IMG/VR virus record: IMGVR_UViG_3300045557_000070
Span: 1-41,445 of that record
DNA length: 41,445 nt
Strand: one strand, 5' to 3'
From: a virus
Lineage: Duplodnaviria > Caudoviricetes
Each line of letters begins with the position of its first letter. The stretch's first letter is position 1. Under the pieces are notes generated by a model. That model did not search any database and was not told the origin of the DNA. It worked only from the letters and a program-made list of their open reading frames with translations. Positions 40,309 through 41,445 of the stretch are shown piece after piece. Made by a program: the position numbers and the translations under genes.

Positions 40309-41445
40309 ATGGCTGAGAAAAAGAAGAAAAGAAAGGATGGACGATACTCCAAACAAGTAACCATAGGACTAAGGAACGGTAAGCCGATCCGTAAAACCAT
40401 TTACGGAAAAACGCAAAAAGAACTGGACAAAAATTATAGGGATTTCATGAGTTTAAAAGATAAGGGGATTATTCTGCAAGAAATAAATATGACCTTCCGA
40501 GAGCTTTCGGAGCTATGGCTTACGAATGAAAAGATAGGGAGTGTTACAGATCAATCCATAACCGTTACTCGCAGCGAGCTAAGAACCATAAATTCTTATA
40601 TCGGAGATATCAAAGTAAAAGACTTAAAACAGAGCCACATTGAGAGCTTTCGAAGTTCGATGATCAATTCCGGTAAACCCATCCGTTATAATACGTGCTT
40701 AGGCAGAATCCGAGCAATAATACGTTATGCCGTGTACAAGGAAATACTAGCAGTAGACATCACAGCAGGCATGAAGGACATTAAAAATGCAAGGAGGACA
40801 AAGAAGCGAGCCTTAACATCATCAGAACGGCAGCTTATTGATAATGCGGAATTAAATGACTTTGAACGCTGCTTTATTAGCCTCCTTCTATACACTGGCA
40901 TGAGAAAATGTGAGGCACTAGCATTAAATGTGTCCGACATAGATTTTAAAAAGAGGCGTATTGAGGTATCAAAAACATTGGTTACCAGTAAAAAAACTAG
41001 TTGCTGTTTACAGGAGTACACAAAGACAACCGCTGGAAAACGGTATATCCCTATACCGAGCCTCCTACTTCCAGTCTTACTTGAGTACACAACTGGGCAA
41101 TCCGGAATTCTATTCAAATCAAAAACTGGCAGCTATATAGGCCTAGGCTCCTTTAATGGACGATGGAATAAAATCCTTCAGAAACTGCAATCCATATCAA
41201 AAACTCCGTTGCCAAGTGATATCACCGCGCACATCTTCCGGCATACCTACGCAAGCGATCTTTACAAAGCTGGCGTGGATATTAAGCAGGCCCAATATCT
41301 CTTAGGACACGATGATATAAAAACCACCCTGGACACTTACACTCATTTTGGATACACGGATGTAAAAGTGGATAAACTTGAGTCATATTATAATGCAGTC
41401 AAGATGCAGTCAAATGAAAAGATAGTAGCCCTCAAACACGCATAA
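40309..41445 (+). CDS. int: Tyrosine integrase
   Basis: TGMR..EA.AL, HIFRH, LGH and YTH catalytic residues; N-terminal arm-binding domain RKDGRY; start MAEKK after AAAGGA. Confidence 0.96.
   Translation: MAEKKKKRKDGRYSKQVTIGLRNGKPIRKTIYGKTQKELDKNYRDFMSLKDKGIILQEINMTFRELSELWLTNEKIGSVTDQSITVTRSELRTINSYIGDIKVKDLKQSHIESFRSSMINSGKPIRYNTCLGRIRAIIRYAVYKEILAVDITAGMKDIKNARRTKKRALTSSERQLIDNAELNDFERCFISLLLYTGMRKCEALALNVSDIDFKKRRIEVSKTLVTSKKTSCCLQEYTKTTAGKRYIPIPSLLLPVLLEYTTGQSGILFKSKTGSYIGLGSFNGRWNKILQKLQSISKTPLPSDITAHIFRHTYASDLYKAGVDIKQAQYLLGHDDIKTTLDTYTHFGYTDVKVDKLESYYNAVKMQSNEKIVALKHA

Larger units (their letters stand above)
1..41445. mobile_element. Temperate siphovirus prophage (near complete, att sites not located)
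   Basis: Canonical module order: integrase, repressor, replication, packaging, head, tail, lysis; long tape measure and no sheath gene. Confidence 0.96.

Overview
The window is a near-complete temperate siphovirus prophage, most likely of a clostridial (Lachnospiraceae-like) host; the host is an inference. Lytic genes are on the minus strand. Read right to left, the modules are: integrase, ImmA-type peptidase and CI/Cro switch; early and replication genes (Xis, Sak4-like ATPase, SSB-like, ERCC4, CHC2, DUF927 helicase, ori, PAPS-reductase-like); ArpU/RinA-like late activator; an about 5 kb cargo hotspot; terminase, portal, MuF, scaffold and capsid; head-tail and tail genes; holin and amidase; a DarTG toxin-antitoxin pair. 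The most notable items are: (1) an AT-rich two-gene operon of an OLD-like ABC-ATPase/TOPRIM protein plus a Dam-family adenine methyltransferase, a candidate RM-like defence system; (2) two tail-fibre-domain genes with Cys-rich leaders outside the tail module, each followed by a related hairpin; (3) a MuF polymorphic toxin with a candidate immunity gene; (4) a type I TA-like peptide cassette with an antisense promoter; (5) two structured elements that sequester a Shine-Dalgarno sequence. No att core, tRNA, CRISPR array or reverse transcriptase was seen. All family calls come from motif recognition by eye, not database searches.
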